Below are positions 61,778 to 64,000 of a stretch of 64,000 bases of DNA, piece by piece. A program made the translations under genes and the position numbers. Below the pieces are notes generated by a model. That model saw only the letters and a list, made by a program, of their open reading frames with translations. It ran no database searches and was not told the DNA's origin. Position 1 is the first letter of the stretch, and every line of letters starts with the position of its first letter. The stretch covers positions 2,108,001 through 2,172,000 of the forward strand of contig NW_025964024.1 of the NCBI RefSeq assembly GCF_023055435.1, read 5' to 3'. Source of the stretch: Haliotis rufescens (taxonomy: Eukaryota).

Positions 61778-63502
61778 CACTGAATGTTTCATGGTACAAA
61801 CAGTGAATGTTTTATGTACAAACACTGAATGTTTCATGGTACAAACACAACATTTCATGGTACAAGCAGTGAATGTTTCCTGGTACAAACAATGAATGTT
61901 TCAAGTACAAACACTGAATGTTTCATGGTACAAACACTGAATGTTTCATCATGTTCATGTACAAACACTTAATGTTTCATGGTACAAATGGTGAACATGG
62001 TGAATGTTTCATGTACAAATGCTGAATGTTTTATGGAACAAACACTGAATGTTTCATGGTACAAACACTGAATGTTTATTGGTACAAACACTGTATGTTT
62101 CGTGATACAAACATTGAATGTTTCATGTACAAACACTGAATGTTTCATGGTACAAACACTGAATGTTTCATGGTACAAATAGAATGTTTCAGGGTACAAA
62201 CACTGAATGTTTCATGATACAAACACTGAATGTTTCCTGTACAGTGAATGTTTCCTGGTACAAACACTGAATGTTTCCTGGTACAAACACTGAATGTTTC
62301 ATGTAAGTGAATGTTTCCTGGTACAAACACTGAATGTTTCATGATACAAACACTGAATGCTTCATGGTACAATCAGTGAATGTTCCATGTACAGTGAATG
62401 TTTCCTGGTACAAACACTGAATGTTTCCTGGTACAAACACTGAATGTTCCCTGGAACAAACACTGAATGTTTCATGCTGCAAACACTGAATGTTTCATGT
62501 ACAGTGAATGCTTCATGGTACAAACACTGAATGTTTCATGATACAAACACTGAATGTTTCATGGTACAATCAGTGAATGTTCCATGTACAGTGAATGTTT
62601 CCTGTTACAAACACTGAATGTTTCCTGGTACAAACACTGAATGTTTCCTGGAACAAACACTGAATGTTTCATGGTACAAACACTGAATGTTTCATGTACA
62701 GTGAATGCTTCATGGTACAGACACTGAATGTTTCATGATACAAACACTGAATGTTTCATGATACAAACACTGAATGTTTCATGGTACAAACACTGAATGT
62801 TTCATGTACAGTGAATGTTTCATGGTACAAACACTGAATGTTTCCTGGTACAAACACTGAATGTTTCATGTACATTGAATGTTTTATGGTACAAACACTG
62901 AATGTTGCATGTACAGTGAATGTTTCCTGGTGCAAACACTGAATTTGTCATGTACAGTGAATGTTTCCTGGTACAAACACTGAATGTTTCATGTACAGTG
63001 AATGCTTCATGGTATAAACACTGAATGTTTCATGTACAGTGAATGTTTCATGGTACAAACACTGAATGTTTCATGTACATTGAATGTTTCATGGTACAAA
63101 CACTGAATGTTTCATATACAGGGAATGTTTCCTGGTACAAACACTGAATGTTTCATGTACATTGAATGTTTCATGGTACAAACACTAAATGTTTCATGTA
63201 CAGTGAATATTTCCTGGTACAAACACTGAATGTTTCATGTACAGTGAATGCTTCATGGTATAAACACTGAATGATTCATTTACAGTGAATGTTTCCTGGT
63301 ACAAACACTGAATGTTTCATGCTACAAATGCTGAATGTTTCCCGGTACAAACACTTAATGTTTCATGTACAGTGAATGTTTCATGTACATTGAATGTTTC
63401 AAGATACAAACAGAATGTTTCATGGTACAAACACTGAATGTTTCATGTACAAACACTGAATGCTTCATGTACAAACACTGAATGTTTCATGGAACAAACA
63501 GT
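61778..63502 (+). repeat. Minisatellite of interleaved 23-bp and 18-bp units
   Basis: ctgaatgtttcatggtacaaaca and gtgaatgtttcatgtaca. Confidence 0.96.
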
Positions 63503-64000
63503 GACTTTCTTTCCCCAACATCAGTGAATCATCATGACCTTTGTCTTGTACAGAAAGAAGCAAACAACAAAGGTCTGAAAGATCAAAATCCCAAAGAAAA
63601 GATAATTAATTGCAACATAACAGTTCCCTCCCAGACTCCTAAAGTCATCCACAAGTACAAGTTCCACCCCGTCGCGATCGCCTGTGATGGTATTTTCACA
63701 TGTATTGATTCTGTGTTGCAGCGAGTGCTGTTAAAAGCAAGTAATGGCTGCGGTAGACGCACACTGGTTATTTCAAGACCCTGAGTCAGCTGCTAAAAGT
63801 CCTGTTTAAACTATGTAGGCAGACACTACCAAAGGAACGGAACCAAGCCGTTAACTCCAGATAAACACTATACTATGACCTCTAACCTCACATCCCAAGA
63901 TACAACTGCCACGGAACATGCTATGCACACAGAAATTTCCATTTTTAAAAAAAAGATTTTTTGGGTTGAAACCGAAGTGTGCAGATCTCATGGGCAGTCA

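Noticed and set aside
63482-63784. 100-aa ORF after the last satellite
   Set aside because: It begins inside the repeat and has no recognisable homology.

Overview
Eukaryotic (animal) genomic DNA, AT-rich and repeat-dense. The repeat families look molluscan, possibly abalone-like gastropod; this is an inference. The only supportable protein-coding gene is a spliced sestrin (SESN) on the minus strand. Eight exons with canonical GT-AG junctions and matching phases run from 47012 to 52058, including a 30-nt microexon, and there is a probable first coding exon at 53010-53054 (about 442 aa in total) and a probable ~3.7 kb 3' UTR. The rest is a mosaic of four SINE-like families (three with tRNA-derived heads, one headless), MITEs and other non-autonomous DNA elements, Tc1 transposase and LINE relics, five minisatellites, microsatellites and two assembly gaps. 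Highlights: (1) three palindromic Penelope-like relics carrying minimal hammerhead ribozyme cores with covarying stems; (2) a headless SINE family with a fixed 5' end and a candidate pseudoknotted 5' RNA domain; (3) three ATF4/CARE sites clustered in a sestrin intron, plus an upstream FoxO-site cluster; (4) Met replacing the leucine-pocket Trp of sestrin; (5) a 51-bp satellite apparently grown from one arm of an inverted repeat.
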